A DNA stretch of 64,000 nt from Squalus acanthias. Taxonomy: Eukaryota. A program made the position numbers and the translations under genes. The notes below the pieces were generated by a model. That model made no database searches. It saw only the letters and a list, made by a program, of their open reading frames with translations, and had not been told where the DNA came from. The stretch is taken from positions 3,348,001 to 3,412,000 of the forward strand of contig CM059433.1 in the NCBI GenBank assembly GCA_030390025.1. Direction: 5' to 3'. Below are positions 1-14,041 of this stretch, piece after piece; the stretch's first letter is position 1, and each line of letters starts with the position of its first letter.

Positions 1-595
1 TTGGGACGCTACCACTCAATTTACGGCGCGGGGGCGCTAACTTCTTTGGGGCACTAAAAGTAGCGCCCCAGCGAAGTTAGCGCCCCAAAGGGAGCATGAC
101 CGAATTTTTCCCCCCAGGTGTCTTAAGTCACTTGGCTCAGAGACTGTTTAACATGATAATGGGTTTCTGGGTGCGTCACACACCCGACTGACCCAAAAAA
201 GAATGAATCTTAACCTGCAATCCCACTTCTTTGCGAATTATTGATGCAAGGGTACACACTGCCACTCTCAGCAGCAAATTCATTCTTACAGCGATATGTT
301 TCAGCAGCATCCTGAGTCAAGAGATCCCATTAAACTCTAGACTGCAGTCCAAACCAGTACTTATTACCCTTATGTTCAACTCTTTCTCCTTCATTCTCGG
401 TCTTCCTCTCCATCTGTAGACCACTTTTCCTCAATTCAATTCCCAAGCATTCAAAAAAACCACTTACCCACTGTTTATAAAAAGTTATACTGAGAATGAC
501 TTCAGTCAATCGAATATTAACTAGGATAATAGTTTTACAATTCACCGTCAATGTGAATCTTTAGTTTACATTTTTTTTGGTGCAAGTGCAATATT

Positions 596-1110
596 GGCCC
601 GAAAATTAGACCTAATATGGGAGATTACGCACTGTGTACTCTCGCGTATTCGGTCCCGAAGTGCCGGTTTCCTGCATGCACTGCGCATGCGCGGGAAACC
701 GGCACATTGGGTATTGCGAAGGGGGCGGTTCCTAAGTGAACCGCGTGCGCGCTACAGGTTGTGCGCACGCAGCACACTTAGGTTTTTTTTCAGGTTTGAA
801 CGCGCAGGTAAGTGTTGAAGATTTTACACATAAAGAAAGCAGACGTAAGACCCCCTTTTAACAAGGTATGTAGTTAATTAAGTATTATTTTAAATTTTTT
901 TCAACAGGTTTATCTTTTTTAGAGACTTTAAAGAAAGGTAAGTTTATTTTTATAACTTTTAAAAAGAATTTACATTTTTTTTTAAATTTAAATTTTTGTT
1001 TAAAGTGGTTAATTTATTTAACTATACTTATTTTATTAATGTGATGGCTTTTTTTTAAAATTTAATTGAGGTTTAGCTGTTCTTTTGGGGGCTTGTTGTA
1101 TTCATAGTTT
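596..1110 (+). mobile_element. Harbinger-type MITE, 3'-truncated copy (same family as 45423-46155)
   Basis: Starts GGCCCGAAAATTAG after ATT and is closely collinear with 45423-45930; no right TIR seen. Confidence 0.75.
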
Positions 1111-1296
1111 TGACAGCTCAGGAATTAAAGTTGGGTTTTTTTTTCCCCCGTTCTTCAGCTCCTGACCGGCGATTCCCGTTCCCGATTAAAATCGGGGTTA
1201 TAGGTCGCTCGCAAAAATGGGCAAAGTAATTTCATTTCCCCTCCGCCCATTAGGTCATCATACGTACCGATCACCTTCTGTGTACCAATCATCTTA

Positions 1297-1772
1297 GTGT
1301 CAGCTGTGGCTCAGTGGGCAGCACACTCGCCTCTGTGTCAGAAGGTTGTGGGTTCAAATCCCACTCCAGGGACTCGAGCACATAAATCTAGGCTGACACT
1401 CCTGTGCAGTGCTGAGGGAGTGCTGCACTGTCGGAAGTGCCTGTCTTTCAGATGAGACGTTAAACCGAGGCCCCGTCTGCTCTCTCAGGTGGATGTAAAA
1501 GATCCCAAGGCCACTATTCCGAAGAAGAGCAGGGGGAGTTATTCCCGGTGTCCTGGCCAATATTTATCCCTCAACCAACATCACTAAAAAACAGATTATC
1601 TGGTCATTATCACATTGCTGTTTGTGGGAGCTTGCTGTGCGCAAATTGGCTGCTGCTTTTCCCACATTACAACAGTGACTCCACTTCAAAAAGTACTTCA
1701 TTGGATGTAAAGCGCTTTGAGATGTCTGGTGGTTGTGAAAGGCGCCGTATAAAGGCAAGTCTTTCTTTCTTT
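1297..1772 (+). mobile_element. tRNA-derived Deu-domain SINE (SacSINE1-like)
   Basis: Pol III A box TGGCTCAGTGG and B box GGTTCAAATCC; Deu-like core GAGACGTTAAACCGAGG...GATGTAAAAGATCCC; L2-like tail ending in TCTT repeats; further copies at 9262 and 40110. Confidence 0.85.
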
Positions 1773-1823
1773 CTGACTTAAGAGGCAAATGTGCTCCTAC
1801 TGAACCAAGGCTGACACTTAGCA

Positions 1824-2350
1824 GCACAACACACTCACACACACAACACACACACACACACACACAACACACTCACACACAACACACACACACACACAAC
1901 ACACACAACACACACACACACAACACACACACACACACAACACACACGCACCACACACACACACGCACCACACACGCACCACACACACACACACACAACA
2001 CACACACACACACAACACACACGCACCACACACACACACACACAACACACACACACACACAACACACACGCACCACACACACACAACACACACACACACA
2101 CAACACACACGCACCACACACACACACACTCACACACAACACACACACTGACACACAACCATCACACACACACAACACACACACAACACACAACCCACTC
2201 AACTCACACACAACCCACACACACAACACACACAACACACACACTCACACTCACACACACACTCACACAACACACAGACACACTCACACACACAACACAC
2301 ACACACTCACAGACACCCACACACACTCACACACAAACTCACACACACAC

Positions 2351-2390
<40 letters not shown>

Positions 2391-2455
2391 CACACACACA
2401 CACACTCCACACACACACGCACAACACACACACACACCACACACACACACACTCA

Positions 2456-2486
<31 letters not shown>

Positions 2487-3404
2487 CCACACACACACAC
2501 CACACACACACACCACACACACACACACACCACACACACACACACACCACACACACACACACCACACACACACAAACACACACACACACAACACACAGAC
2601 ACACACACACTGACACACATACACACACACACACACTGACACACACACACACACTCACACACACACTCACACACACACTCACACACACACTCACACACAC
2701 ACACACACTTACACACACACACACAACACACACACACTTACACACACACACAACACACACACACACACACACAACACACAACACACACCCCCCCACACAC
2801 ACACACACTCACACACACAACACACACACACACACACCACACACACTCACACACACACACTCACACACACAACACACACACTCACACACACACACACACA
2901 CACAACACACACACTCACACAGACACAACACACACTCACACACTACACACACACACTACACACACACACACACTCACACAACACACAACACACACTCACA
3001 ACACACACACACACACACACTCTCACACACACACACACACACACACACAACACACAGACACACACACACTGACACACAACCATCACACACACACACACAC
3101 TCACACAACACACAGACACACACACACACACACTGACACACACACACACACACACACAACACACACACACACATACACACACTCACACACGCACACACAA
3201 CACACACACACTCACACACACACACACAACACATACACACACACAACACATACACACACACTCACACAAATGCTCACACACACACAACACACAGACACAC
3301 ACACACTGACACACAACCATCACACACACACACACACACACACAAACCACACACACACTCACACACACACTCAAACACACACACACACACACTCACACAC
3401 ACAC
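1824..3404. repeat. Compound (CA)n microsatellite / low-complexity array, about 1.6 kb
   Basis: Nearly pure CA interrupted by CAA, CT, GCAC and CTGA units. Confidence 0.97.
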
Positions 3405-4090
3405 TGATTAGGTTTCGAAGATCGTGCTGTATGCATTATGAAGAGACATACATCCAGTTTTATCTGATAATATGCTAACATTTCATTTCAGAAGTCTGCT
3501 TTAAACCAGTATTAAAGGTTCAACAAAGCCATTCCACACTAACCATAAAAAGCTGAGCTGTATAATAATACTCTATTACAATTAATTTGAATAATTAAAG
3601 TGTGCTTACACAAACGCTGAAACAAAATGTCATTAAACTTGTAAATATAGAACTATAATCAGTACATCGTGTCACAGACATTATTAATTTGTAATACAGA
3701 CAATTTTTAAAGAAGTGTTAGTATTATTTTTGGTTGCTCCTTCTGGGATCTATCTGCATAATTTGTAATTCTTCTGATAAAGGGAAACATCATATAATAA
3801 TGAGTAAATGAATGCGAGCTTCATTACAGTAATTGTGTGTATAAATCATTTTAAAATAATAATGCTTAATTTGAGATCTTGTTAAATTGAACCATTTTCT
3901 TGTCATAAATGATCCTACTTTCACTGGATTATTCCACTATGTTTAGCAATCTACAGAGAAAGCCCAGCTCTTACTATTGGGGTCACGACAATCCACAGCC
4001 AGGCAGATCAATAGATCTGATGAGGACGGCTTTCTCCGCACCAGAAACTAGCACGTCAAAGAGATACTGGGCCATATGTTGCGACCCCTA

Positions 4091-4459
4091 TGGTGATCTT
4101 ATTGAAACATATAAGATACTGAGGGGGCTCGACGAGGTAGATGCAGAGAGGATGTTTCCCCTCATGGGGGAATCTAGAACTCGGGGGCACAGTTTTAGAA
4201 TAAAGGGTCGCCCTTTTAGAACTGAGATGAGGAGGAATTTCTTCTCAGAGGGTCGTAAATCTGTGGAATTCTCAGTCCCAGAGAGCTGTGGAGGCTGGGT
4301 CATTAAATACATTTAAGGTGGAGATAGACAGATTTTTGCAAGATAAGGGAGTGAAGGGTTATGGGGAGCGGGCGGGGAAGTGGCTTTGAGCCCAGGATCA
4401 GAATGGCGGAGCAGGCTCGAGGGGCCAAGTGGCCTGTTCCTGCTCCTATTTCTTACGTA
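4091..4459 (+). mobile_element. CR1 (HER1-like) LINE 3' fragment
   Basis: Encodes GDLIETYKILRGLD...RTRGHSFRI; followed by the typical 3' UTR GGCTCGAGGGGCC...CCTGCTCCTATTTCTTA. Confidence 0.9.
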
Positions 4460-5262
4460 TGAGGTGCGCACACGCCCGTAGGAGCCATGCAAGTTCCGCG
4501 AAGCTCATGCACTAAAACCCAGCACTAGAATCCTCTTGACAGATCCTCCGCATCCCCGGGAGAAGGGCCTCCGCGGGCGGAGAGTTGCGCTATTTGCCCA
4601 ACTTCCGCCCGCTGAATGCCTGTGAAATTTTTACGCCTGGTAAAAGCAGGGTAAGGCCAGCTTTTACCAGCATAAGAGTTTTAAAAAATAGAAAAATAAA
4701 ATGTTATCACTCATTTATACATTAAAAATCCTGTCCAATAAAGTAAGTTTATTTTTAGTCCCATTAAAACATATAGGGGAGAAAATTGGGTTGCTTTGCA
4801 CCACCCGTTAGCAAAGCCCCTAGCGCCTGGGCGCGGCGCCGCTAACACCTCCCGTGAAATTCAGGCCACAAACTTGTCTCGCGCCCCCTGACCTACCGTC
4901 GGATGATATGTCCGACAGGGTCAGGGGGCCGTTTTTGCGTAAATTAAAGAGCAGCTGCCGGGCGGCCTTTTTTTTTTGCCCGCCTGCCAGCACCCGCCCC
5001 ATGTGTTGGTGTATTTTTTAAGTGATCCCCATTCATACTGATGGGGATTCTGTACGTACGGAACTCCCATAAGTATGAATGGGGATTCCCTTCTTTTATT
5101 GGTTGGGCCGGCCCACGTGATCTCAGGGGCACTTGCGGACCCGGAGGGGCCCAGGATCGCAAGGCTCCGTATCTCCCGGGCCACCAGGTAAATGCGGAGA
5201 TATTTTTATTACAGGTCGGAGGCATCCGCTCGCAGGAAGCCTCCGATCGCAAATTTTGGGCC
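4460..5262. mobile_element. Composite Harbinger-type MITE fragments
   Basis: Right end AAATTTTGGGCC|ATT; 4990-5262 resembles the reverse complement of 11497-11790; a second TIR GGGGAGAAAATTGG at 4776. Confidence 0.5.
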
Positions 5263-7879
5263 ATTGTTGGCCTGTCAGGCCTCCACAAGATTATGATCAG
5301 AGCAGCAACACACAATGTACTACTGGCTAAACCAGATCTCTGTGTTTACGCGACATAGAGTTACACTCGAAGTTCTGTATTGACCCCAAACTGTCTTCAC
5401 ATAACAGCAGCAGCAAAGCTTTGCGCATCACTTCTGTCTGTGTGATTGTCTCCCTCACTTTGCCCTTATTTGGATCTCTGTTCTGTGCATTCAAACACAG
5501 CCTTAACCATCGCTTGCTGAATCAGGCTTCATAGAGCATGAATCAGGCCTCGGGAAATTTGTGACTTATCATTGGCGCATCAGCTCAAGTCTTACTGGGC
5601 TTCAAAGAACCATCAGGTCAAATTCATCAGATATTTATCCTTCCAACAGCTATCTCCAGCTGCACCCTGCTTTACCTGCAACTTCATGGGGCAGCCTCCT
5701 GGGGGCAGATCAGGGACAGAGCCAAACCTTTCTCTGCCACTAGGATGCATTCCTGACCCCATGCTAAATCCCCAGGTCAGTGTAATTTGCATAATGGGGG
5801 GGGGGGTGGCGTCCTCACCTTTTTACGGCACAGCTCGGGTGTCTGTCTTCAGTGGGAGGGTTGGCCTATCACTGCAGCACCTCGCCGCACCAGAGGTTGG
5901 GCCTTTATCCTGGCTGTAGATCTTGGAAGAAAGGTTCATTGGACAAACCTGTGGGCCTCATTTCACCATGCAGACATACTTAGCACTGGGGGCAATGGAG
6001 GTGGGACTAGCAGGATTTATGGCAGGTGTCATCATCCTGCTAGACTTGCCTCTTTGGCTGATCTCAGCACGGGAGGCGATAGACATTCCCCAGTCGCAAC
6101 AGAGTTAGTCTGTGTAAAAACAAAGGGTAGAGAATGGTCATAAAATGGTATTCGGCCCCAAATTCCTGCCCAGCTACCCCTTTTGCACTGCTACTGTGCC
6201 CCCTTACTCTAGGCCCAGGAGTTCTGAGCCTGTAGACGCTAACTTTAATACATCATCAAGCTCATGTATGAATACTGTGAACAGCAAAGTGATCATTTTC
6301 TGATGGGGCAGTCCTGGTGATGAGCCTAGTTCAGCGGGAGCACACGTTGATAATTTGGGCGCGCACTGTGCCATTTAAATTAATAGTTAGAAAATTGTGC
6401 AGAGCATGCACCCAAATCTCTGAATTATCAGGAGCACCAAGTCAGAAGATCACCCCTTAGATGTCCCAGCGTAGAATCCTACTCTGTGACTGTCCAATTA
6501 GGATAATTGCCAATAATCATTCATTATTTTGTTTCCTATTATTTGCCCAATTTATTCCTGCTCCCTTTATTGCACCAGCTTTCACTTCAATCAAAGACAT
6601 GTTACCAAGTGCATTCTGTAAATCAAGAAATAATGTGATTGGCTGGGGATTTCCTCGGGTCGGAGCTGATCCCGCTCTGCTGCTGTAACTTCACCAGAAG
6701 TACCACAGAATTTTGGCTTGCTCCATGCCCAGAATTTTTCCCCCTATCTGTGCAGGTCATCAATTGGTCTGCAGTCCCGTTATCGTGCGAGTATGTGAAC
6801 TGCAGCAGATTTGGATGAATTACATTTTCCCCCTTGATTGTCTTTGGGGGGTCAAAGTGAAATTTCAGGAGGCTTCTCTTCTTCGCAGCTTTAGCTTTCA
6901 ATATTCACCTCCCACAGGAGATTAAGGGGAAGATAATGCGGCCCCTCTGCATCGACATCAATGCCGCCGCTGTTCAGGCGCTCTGCACTCATGCAGGAGT
7001 TCCATCAGCCTTGCCCCTGCTGGCGAGGTTATGGTTTGTTTGCAGCACTGCAGCCTTGTCCTCTGTATCGTGATACTGGCGTTGATGCAGCCAGTCACCC
7101 CCTGGCATGCTCATTCCCACATGGCCTTAATGACCTTGTGAAGGAATATAACCTATTCAGAAAAATATACTATCTTATGAAAGAATTCTGGCCTTATTAA
7201 AACATGACAAACTGGGTTTGGAAATTTAGAAACCTAACTGTGAAATAGCTATGAACGAATTCTAGCTATTGAGATAAGACAGTTGTTGACCCTGAATAAA
7301 TAACCTTATTGAAACAGAAGGTGAAGGGCTCCGACAGGCTGAACCTTTGGGAACGAAACAATGGTTCACCCTGGATAAGGTGTTCTAATTTAAACTTCGT
7401 AAAGATGGCACATAAGATAAGAAACATCTGCCCTCGTAAAGATGACATAAAATAAGGAACACCTGCCTTTCACACCATTTTTATATGGTCAACCCAGAAT
7501 ACCTGGAGATGAGACAAGATTCTGGAATATTACAAGCTGATGTGGCAGTAAGAGTTGCAGAGGTCAGCAGAAAGATAAATAGGGATAATTAACTTGTATC
7601 AGCAGAAAACCTTAAAGGAAATAACACTGAAAAAGGGTATAAATATTGAAGTTTCAAATGGGATATCAGACTCGCTTTATCGGGCAAAGCGATTCTCGGT
7701 TACAGAGGCGGCTCTGTAGTTTCCAACTCTTTGTACCTCGGGGATCAAAGGTATTTGATATTGATGGATATCCTGTATAGAAAACTTTAAGAACTGTAAT
7801 ACTGTAGTGAAGTTAAGATTTAAAAGTAAGATTCTCTGTTAATAATAAGATAGTATTTTTTCTCTTTTTAGAACTGTTA

Positions 7880-8772
7880 GGGGGAGAAATTCAGTATCGC
7901 CCCATTTGGGACACAATTATCGGCCAGGCGCAAAGATTAGCGCCTGGCGCTAATTATCGCCACCGACTGCAAACTTGACTTTTATCGACCCTGGAGGTGA
8001 TTGGAGCGCTAAATCAGGCGCTTCACACCTGTCTTAAGGCGCAAAGGCCGAGGAGCGAGGCGCTACCTCAGAGCGCTTTCGAAGCTCATGTAATGTCAGT
8101 CAGCAATGGAACACACACATAATGGCACGGGCCAGTTCTTAAAGGGGATGGTTAATCTTGCTTTCCATCCACATCCTGCTCATTGCAGCCTTGAATCTCG
8201 GCCTGGAGAGACCTGCACATCAAATCTGCTGGAAAGAACAATGGAGAGTACCAGGCAAAGAGCTCAGAGTGCAGCCCCCACAGTCTCTTCTAAATCGATA
8301 CAAGGAATGGCAAATCAAAATGAACCTGCAAAGTGCTGCTCAGTACCCAAAATTCCTTCACACAACGTTGAATCTCTCCAGGAGTCTCTCTCTCTCTCTC
8401 CCAGAATGCGTAGTTCAAAAATGGCACCAACAATAAAAGGCAGGAAGCGGTCACCTTTAAATAGCGCTCCCCCTTTCCCTTTATGACTGCAGAACGCTCC
8501 CCTCAACCTGTCGTTGCTAGCATCAGGCGGTAAGGCAGGGGGCGCCACTCAATATCTGCTCCGGGGCGATATCGGGGCGTCGCGCACTCGAATGACGTCA
8601 CGATCTGCCGGCGCAGGAGATCGTGGTGGTAGTGTTTAGCGCCGCCGCAAAATGTCTAGTTAATTTCGCGAGCGGCGCAAACTTCGCCGCGCCTGGGCGC
8701 TAGATGCTTTGCGCCCCATTAGCGCCCTCTTAAGGCGCTAACGGGAGGCGCAACCAACTGAATTTTTCCCCC
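7880..8772. mobile_element. Harbinger-type non-autonomous transposon (MITE)
   Basis: TIRs GGGGGAGAAATTCAG / CTGAATTTTTCCCCC (14/15 match); TTA duplicated at 7877-7879 and 8773-8775. Confidence 0.88.
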
Positions 8773-9261
8773 TTAATGTTGCGATTGACTGATTCACCAA
8801 CTGTAAATTGCATGTCAGTTCTTTTAATAAATCTCTATATATTTTTAGAATTGTCTCACATAAGTCTTCTGTATCAATAACTCGCAAACTCAATCTCTGT
8901 ACACTCTTTGGTGAAGAGTTACAGAATTCTGAGGGAGTTTTCCAGACCCTCATAATATCCGGGACGTTACAGTCTAGCTAAACTTATTAAAAGCGCTATC
9001 TGGAGGACGGTAACATTCTCGGGTTGTTCCTTTCCTTTAGGGAGAGATAGCCCGGACCTTTAGACCCAATTAAGCGTCTTTAGGATTCGGCTACCTCAAA
9101 CTTTAGTTGAAAGTGAACATCTGAGAACTATGCCTGATCCAGGGTAGCCCTAAAGGGGCTAGGACTAGTAAATATCCCTTCAACCTGGCCATTGTATGGA
9201 AATATTATGCCTCTCCTGACCTGCAATACTGCAGCAAGCATTCAATTGCCTCTTCATCAAA

Positions 9262-9741
9262 GCAAAGAAAGAAAGAAAGACTTGCATTTATATAGCGCCT
9301 TTCATGACCACTGGATGTCTCAAAGCGCTTTACAGCCAATGAAGTACTTTTGAAGTGGAGTCACTGTTGTAATGTGGGAAAAGCGGCAGCCAATTTGCGC
9401 ACAGCAAGCTCCCACAAACAGCAATGTGATAATGACCAGATCATCTGTTTTCATTATGTTGATTGAGGGATAAATATTGGCCCCAGGACACTGGGGATAA
9501 CTCCCCTGCTCTTCTTCGAACAATAGTGCCATGGGATCTTTTACGCCCACCTGAGAGAGCAGACGGGGCCTCGGTTTAACATCTCATCCGAAAGACGGCA
9601 CCTCCGACAGTGCAGCACTCCCTCGGCACTGCACTGGAGTGTCAGCCTAGCTTTATGTGCTCAAGTCCCTGGAGTGGGACTTGAACCCACAATCTTCTGA
9701 CTCAGAGGCGAGTGTGCTACCCACTGAGCCACAGCTGACAC
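9262..9741 (-). mobile_element. Deu-domain SINE (SacSINE1-like)
   Basis: Reverse-complement homologue of 1297-1772 with an AAAG-repeat tail. Confidence 0.85.
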
Positions 9742-10406
9742 TAAAAGCTGATAAAGGGGCCTACTCCTCGTCACACTGCTGCCAGTCTGCCTTCAGCACA
9801 CTTCCAACAGAAGCTTTGCACGTCTAAGTTCTGCCGAGCACGTGAAGTCCTCTTCCTCCTGTGCAAGTGCTTAATCCCAATTCTATCGCAGTGAGTCGAT
9901 GTCGGCAAACAGCACGATTCTCCTAACCGCTGCCGCTAACGTTATTTGGGTGATGAATGTGGGCACTTGCCTCACATTTACTGGTTGAGTGTTAAAGTGT
10001 GATCGACTGCTTTCTCACATTTTAATTTTCTGCTGTTTTTAAGTTAAGTCATCCAATGAAAAGTTAGATGTAATCATGCAAATTAAACAGCTTAACTATT
10101 GGAAATAAATCATTTGGCCTTTTCTCACAAGTCAGGTTTAATTTCTGCTGGTGGCAATGGAAGAAAAATGATATTGGGGAAAAAAAAACCTCATTAAGGC
10201 ATAAAGCCCTTTTTTCAATTATTACATTTCTCATGTTTCAGCCCAACGGAAAGGGCAGCGCCTGACTCAAAAAAGTCAAGTCCCTTGAGAAGGTGGCCAT
10301 CGAAATGTCCGGGTGAACAGAACATTACAAAACAAAAAGATGATGAAATGTCCAAAACTAACGGGAATGTAGGGATTTGCAGGAAGCAGCTTAACGACCT
10401 CAAAAT

Positions 10407-10787
10407 TTGATTGAAACATGTAAGATCCTGAGGGGTCTGGACAGGGTGGATGTGGAGAGGATGTTTCCTCTTGTGGGAGAATCTAGAACTAGGGGTCACT
10501 GTTTAAAAATAAGGGGTCGCCCATTTAAGACAGAGATGAGGAGAAATTTTTTCTCACAGAGGGTGGTGGGTCTTTGGAACTCTCTTCCTCAGAGGGCGGT
10601 GGAAGTAAGAGTCTTTGAATATTTTTAAGGCAGAGGTAGATAGATTCTTGATAAGCAAGGGGGTGAAAGGTTATCGGGGGTAGGCGGGAATGTGGAGTAA
10701 TCGGATCAGCCATGATCTTATTGAATGGCGGAACAGGCTCGGGGGGCCGAGTGGCCTACTCCTGCTCCTAATTCGTATGTTCATATG
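10407..10787 (+). mobile_element. CR1 LINE 3' fragment
   Basis: ORF2 C-terminus (LDRVDVERMFPLVGESRTRGH) plus 3' UTR. Confidence 0.9.
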
Positions 10788-11005
10788 TAAATGATAAGAT
10801 GAAATTGGTCCATGATACAGGTCTCTGAAGGAAGGGAAACACATACGTTGCAAAAATGAAACACTACTTTCTTCAACAAAAAGTGTGAACAAAGTGACAA
10901 TATTTTCTGTCTCATGAACGAGGAAGAGGGTTCATCCACTGAATCCTCTGATTCTGGTATTTACTTTAATTCCACGTTAAATAATGTTGCTCTCTGCTTC
11001 CATAT

Positions 11006-11418
11006 GTTGAGTCTAGAAGAATGAGAGGTGATCTCATTGAAACATACAAAATTCTTACAGGGCTTGACAGGGTAGATGCAGGGAGGATGTTTCCCCTGGC
11101 TGGGGAGTCTAGAACCAGGGGTCACAGTCTCAGAATAAGGGGTCGGCCATTTAGGACTGAGATGAGGAGAAATTTCTTCACTCAGTGGCTGGTGAATCTT
11201 TGGAATTCTCTACCCCAGAGGGCTGTGGAGGCGCAATCGTTGAGTATATTCAAGACTGAGATCGATAGATTTTTTAATATTAAGGGAATCAAGGGATATG
11301 GGGATAGTGCAGGAAAGTGGAGATGAGGTAGAAGATCAGCCATGATCGTATTGAATGGGGGAGCAGGCTCGAAGGGCCGAATGGCCGACTCCTGCTCCTA
11401 TTTCTTATGTTCTTATAT
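11006..11418 (+). mobile_element. CR1 LINE 3' fragment
   Basis: MRGDLIETYKIL...GYGDSAGKW plus TTCTTATG tail. Confidence 0.9.
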
Positions 11419-11496
11419 TGGCCACATATAATGAAAGAGCTATGCAGATGCCAAAAAACACAAAAGTGTGAAAAAACATGCACATATAAACTCATT

Positions 11497-12224
11497 GGCC
11501 CAGATATTCCGTTCACAGGCCTCCCGCAGGCGGAGAGCTGCGATCTGGAAAAATCTGTGCCTGGACCGGAGGGCTCCCGGGAGGCGCAGAGTTCCGTTGC
11601 TGGTCCTCTCCAAACTGCCGGTGCGCAGGGCCCACGTATCCCAGAGGCGCAGGTAGTTCGCAGCGTCCCTGGGATCACGTGGGCCATGGGGAGCCAATCA
11701 GAGAAGGGAATCTCCCTTCATACATTTGACAGACCTGTCAAATATATGAATAGCGATCACCCCCAAAACATAGTAAAACTTTAAATACATTTAAAAAAAA
11801 ATCACATTTTTAAAATAACTTTAAATTACAATAAATTAAGTATTTTAAACAAAAATTTTATTTTTTGAAAAGAATAATTAAAGTTTTTAACAGGGCTAAA
11901 ATTAACTTACCTTTCTTTGAAGTATTTTTCAATGATAAATCAGTGGAAAAAAAAAATTCTCCTTTTTTTTCAACTCTTACCAGGTGCAAGAATTGTAAGT
12001 GTTTTCTGTGGGCGGAGGGTCTCCAAAAAGCGGAACTCTTCCCCCCCCCCCCCGCAGAGGCCCTTCTCCCGGGCAGGCGGAGGATCTGTCAAGAGCTTTC
12101 TTGACAGATCGGAAATGGCGGTTTCCAGCGCACGCGCAGTGCTTGCCTGAAACCGACATTTCCAATGTCCCTACGGGTGAGTACACAGCGCGTACCCACC
12201 CGTAGGGATCGGAATTTCTGCACC
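11497..12224. mobile_element. Harbinger-type MITE
   Basis: TIRs GGCCCAGATATTCCG / CGGAATTTCTGCACC; ATT duplicated at 11494-11496 and 12225-12227. Confidence 0.75.
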
Positions 12225-13510
12225 ATTATCCACATTCCATTATCTCCTTTTCAGCAAGCATATAACAAATATCTTGTGCTGCGGTTAAAAAAAAATCTAC
12301 TCAGATGATGCACAGGGACAAATTCATGTATATTCATGGGTTATTTATAAAAAATATCATCTCAAACTGCAGCTGATTGCTCCAAAGAGCGTAACATAGT
12401 TGGAGGATAAAAAAAATGAGAAAGAATCAGCAGCTGAGCCAGAGGGAGATGACACCAGTGTTGCCATAGAATGCCATCCAGCGACCGAAGGTATAACGCA
12501 GGTGAGAGCAGAGAAAGCCTGGCGGATGACAGGTCAATTTACTTACAAGAGCATCAGCTAAGCCAGCGCAGAAAAGCACAGGTTGTTATTCATTGCACCC
12601 GGACAACATGAAGAGATACAGCAGCCACGGGGATCTGCCACTGACCTCTCTGCCCCTCAATCCCATACTGCGAGACAGCAAAAGGCAGGGAGTGCCCCAA
12701 GGGCGAAGGGAATTAAAATTGTACTTGCTGCTGTACAGACACACTGCATTCGGCTTCATAGACATTTTCCATCAACATATGCAAGTTGCTTAGGCACAAT
12801 TAGTTGAGTAGGTTAGCTCGCTCATTAATCCGCTGACTACACCATCTGCTACCTTCCTCCACACTCTGGGCATGTCATCAGTTGAGTTCTTAGACAGTCA
12901 ACTTGGTGGGATCAGCGGGAGGCCCTTGAATGCACAGTGGTTGATGTATTACTCTTCTCAGAAACTGACCTTGTGAATGATACACGGACGATAACCGCTC
13001 TCAAAATCTGACCAAGCAGAGATTTTTTTTCCACTACGGCAAACAGCAATGTTAAACAGATGTGAAAAATAAGGGTCACAGTTTCAAAATAAAATGGTAA
13101 TGTTGGAAGAAATGCTAAGAGGTGACCCTGTACCCTATACTTTCACTGTTTCGAGTATTCTGGCAGAATCAAAGTGCATCTTGGTCGGGGTGGAAGCTCT
13201 GCCCGCTCCAGCGGACAACCTGTGATGCCAGCTGATTTTCCGGATTGGGCGATTTTGCATTATTTGCAGAGTGGTTGCGGCAGCCCCCAGACATCTGCCG
13301 CAGTGTACTGGCCTCAGGGCTTCCCCAACTTACAGGTCTTTTTAATACACCAGGCCTATGCCTACGCGCTCGAAAGGCGGCCCACTCATTTTCAAATTCT
13401 TCCGGTCACCATAGCAACTCTGGAACATACAGGCATTCCCAGCACCCAGTGTTTCTAGCCTGCAAATAACAGGAAACGTGTGTGACATCCTCCTGTCATT
13501 ACTTTGACAC

Positions 13511-13660
13511 CAACGTTCCCGCTAAGCAGCGCAGCCGTGCGGTGGCGTATCTGCCTGCCGGTCCCGCACGGCCCGGGACTGGCTTTTCCAATTTGAAATT
13601 TCGCACGTGCAGCCCATTAAAGGGACCGTGCGCCCATGCTTAAAGTTAGGGGGAACATTG
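13511..13660. mobile_element. Small hAT-like MITE
   Basis: TIRs CAACGTTCCCGCTAA / TTAGGGGGAACATTG; 8-bp TSD TTTGACAC / CTTGACAC (7/8 match). Confidence 0.75.
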
Positions 13661-13679
13661 CTTGACACCCACCTATATC

Positions 13680-14041
13680 TGGGGATTGACAGGGTGGATG
13701 CTGAGAGGGTGTTTCCCCTAGTTGGGGTATCTAGAACTAGGGGGCATAGTTTCAGAATAAGGGGTCTCCCATTTAAGACGGAGATGAGGAGGAATTTCTT
13801 CTCTCAGAGGGTCGTGAATCTTTGGAATTCTCTACCCCAGAGAGCTGTGGAGGCGGAGTCACTGAATATATTCAAGGTGGAGATTGACAGACATTTGAAC
13901 TATAAGGAAGTCAAGGGGTGTGGGGAGAGAGCGGGAAAGTGGAGTTGAGGCCAAGATTGGATCAGCCATGATCTTAATGAATGGCGGAGCAGGCTCGAGC
14001 GGCCGATTGGCCGACTCCTGCTCCTATTTCTTATGTTCTTA
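13680..14041 (+). mobile_element. CR1 LINE 3' fragment
   Basis: GIDRVDAERVFPLVGVSRTRGH...AGKWS plus tail. Confidence 0.9.

Noticed and set aside
1564..3392. Cys/Val-rich ORFs
   Set aside because: Translation artefacts of the TG microsatellite
10241..10410. Possible host exon after TTTCTCATGTTTCAG with about 55 open codons
   Set aside because: No recognisable protein similarity and no partner exons
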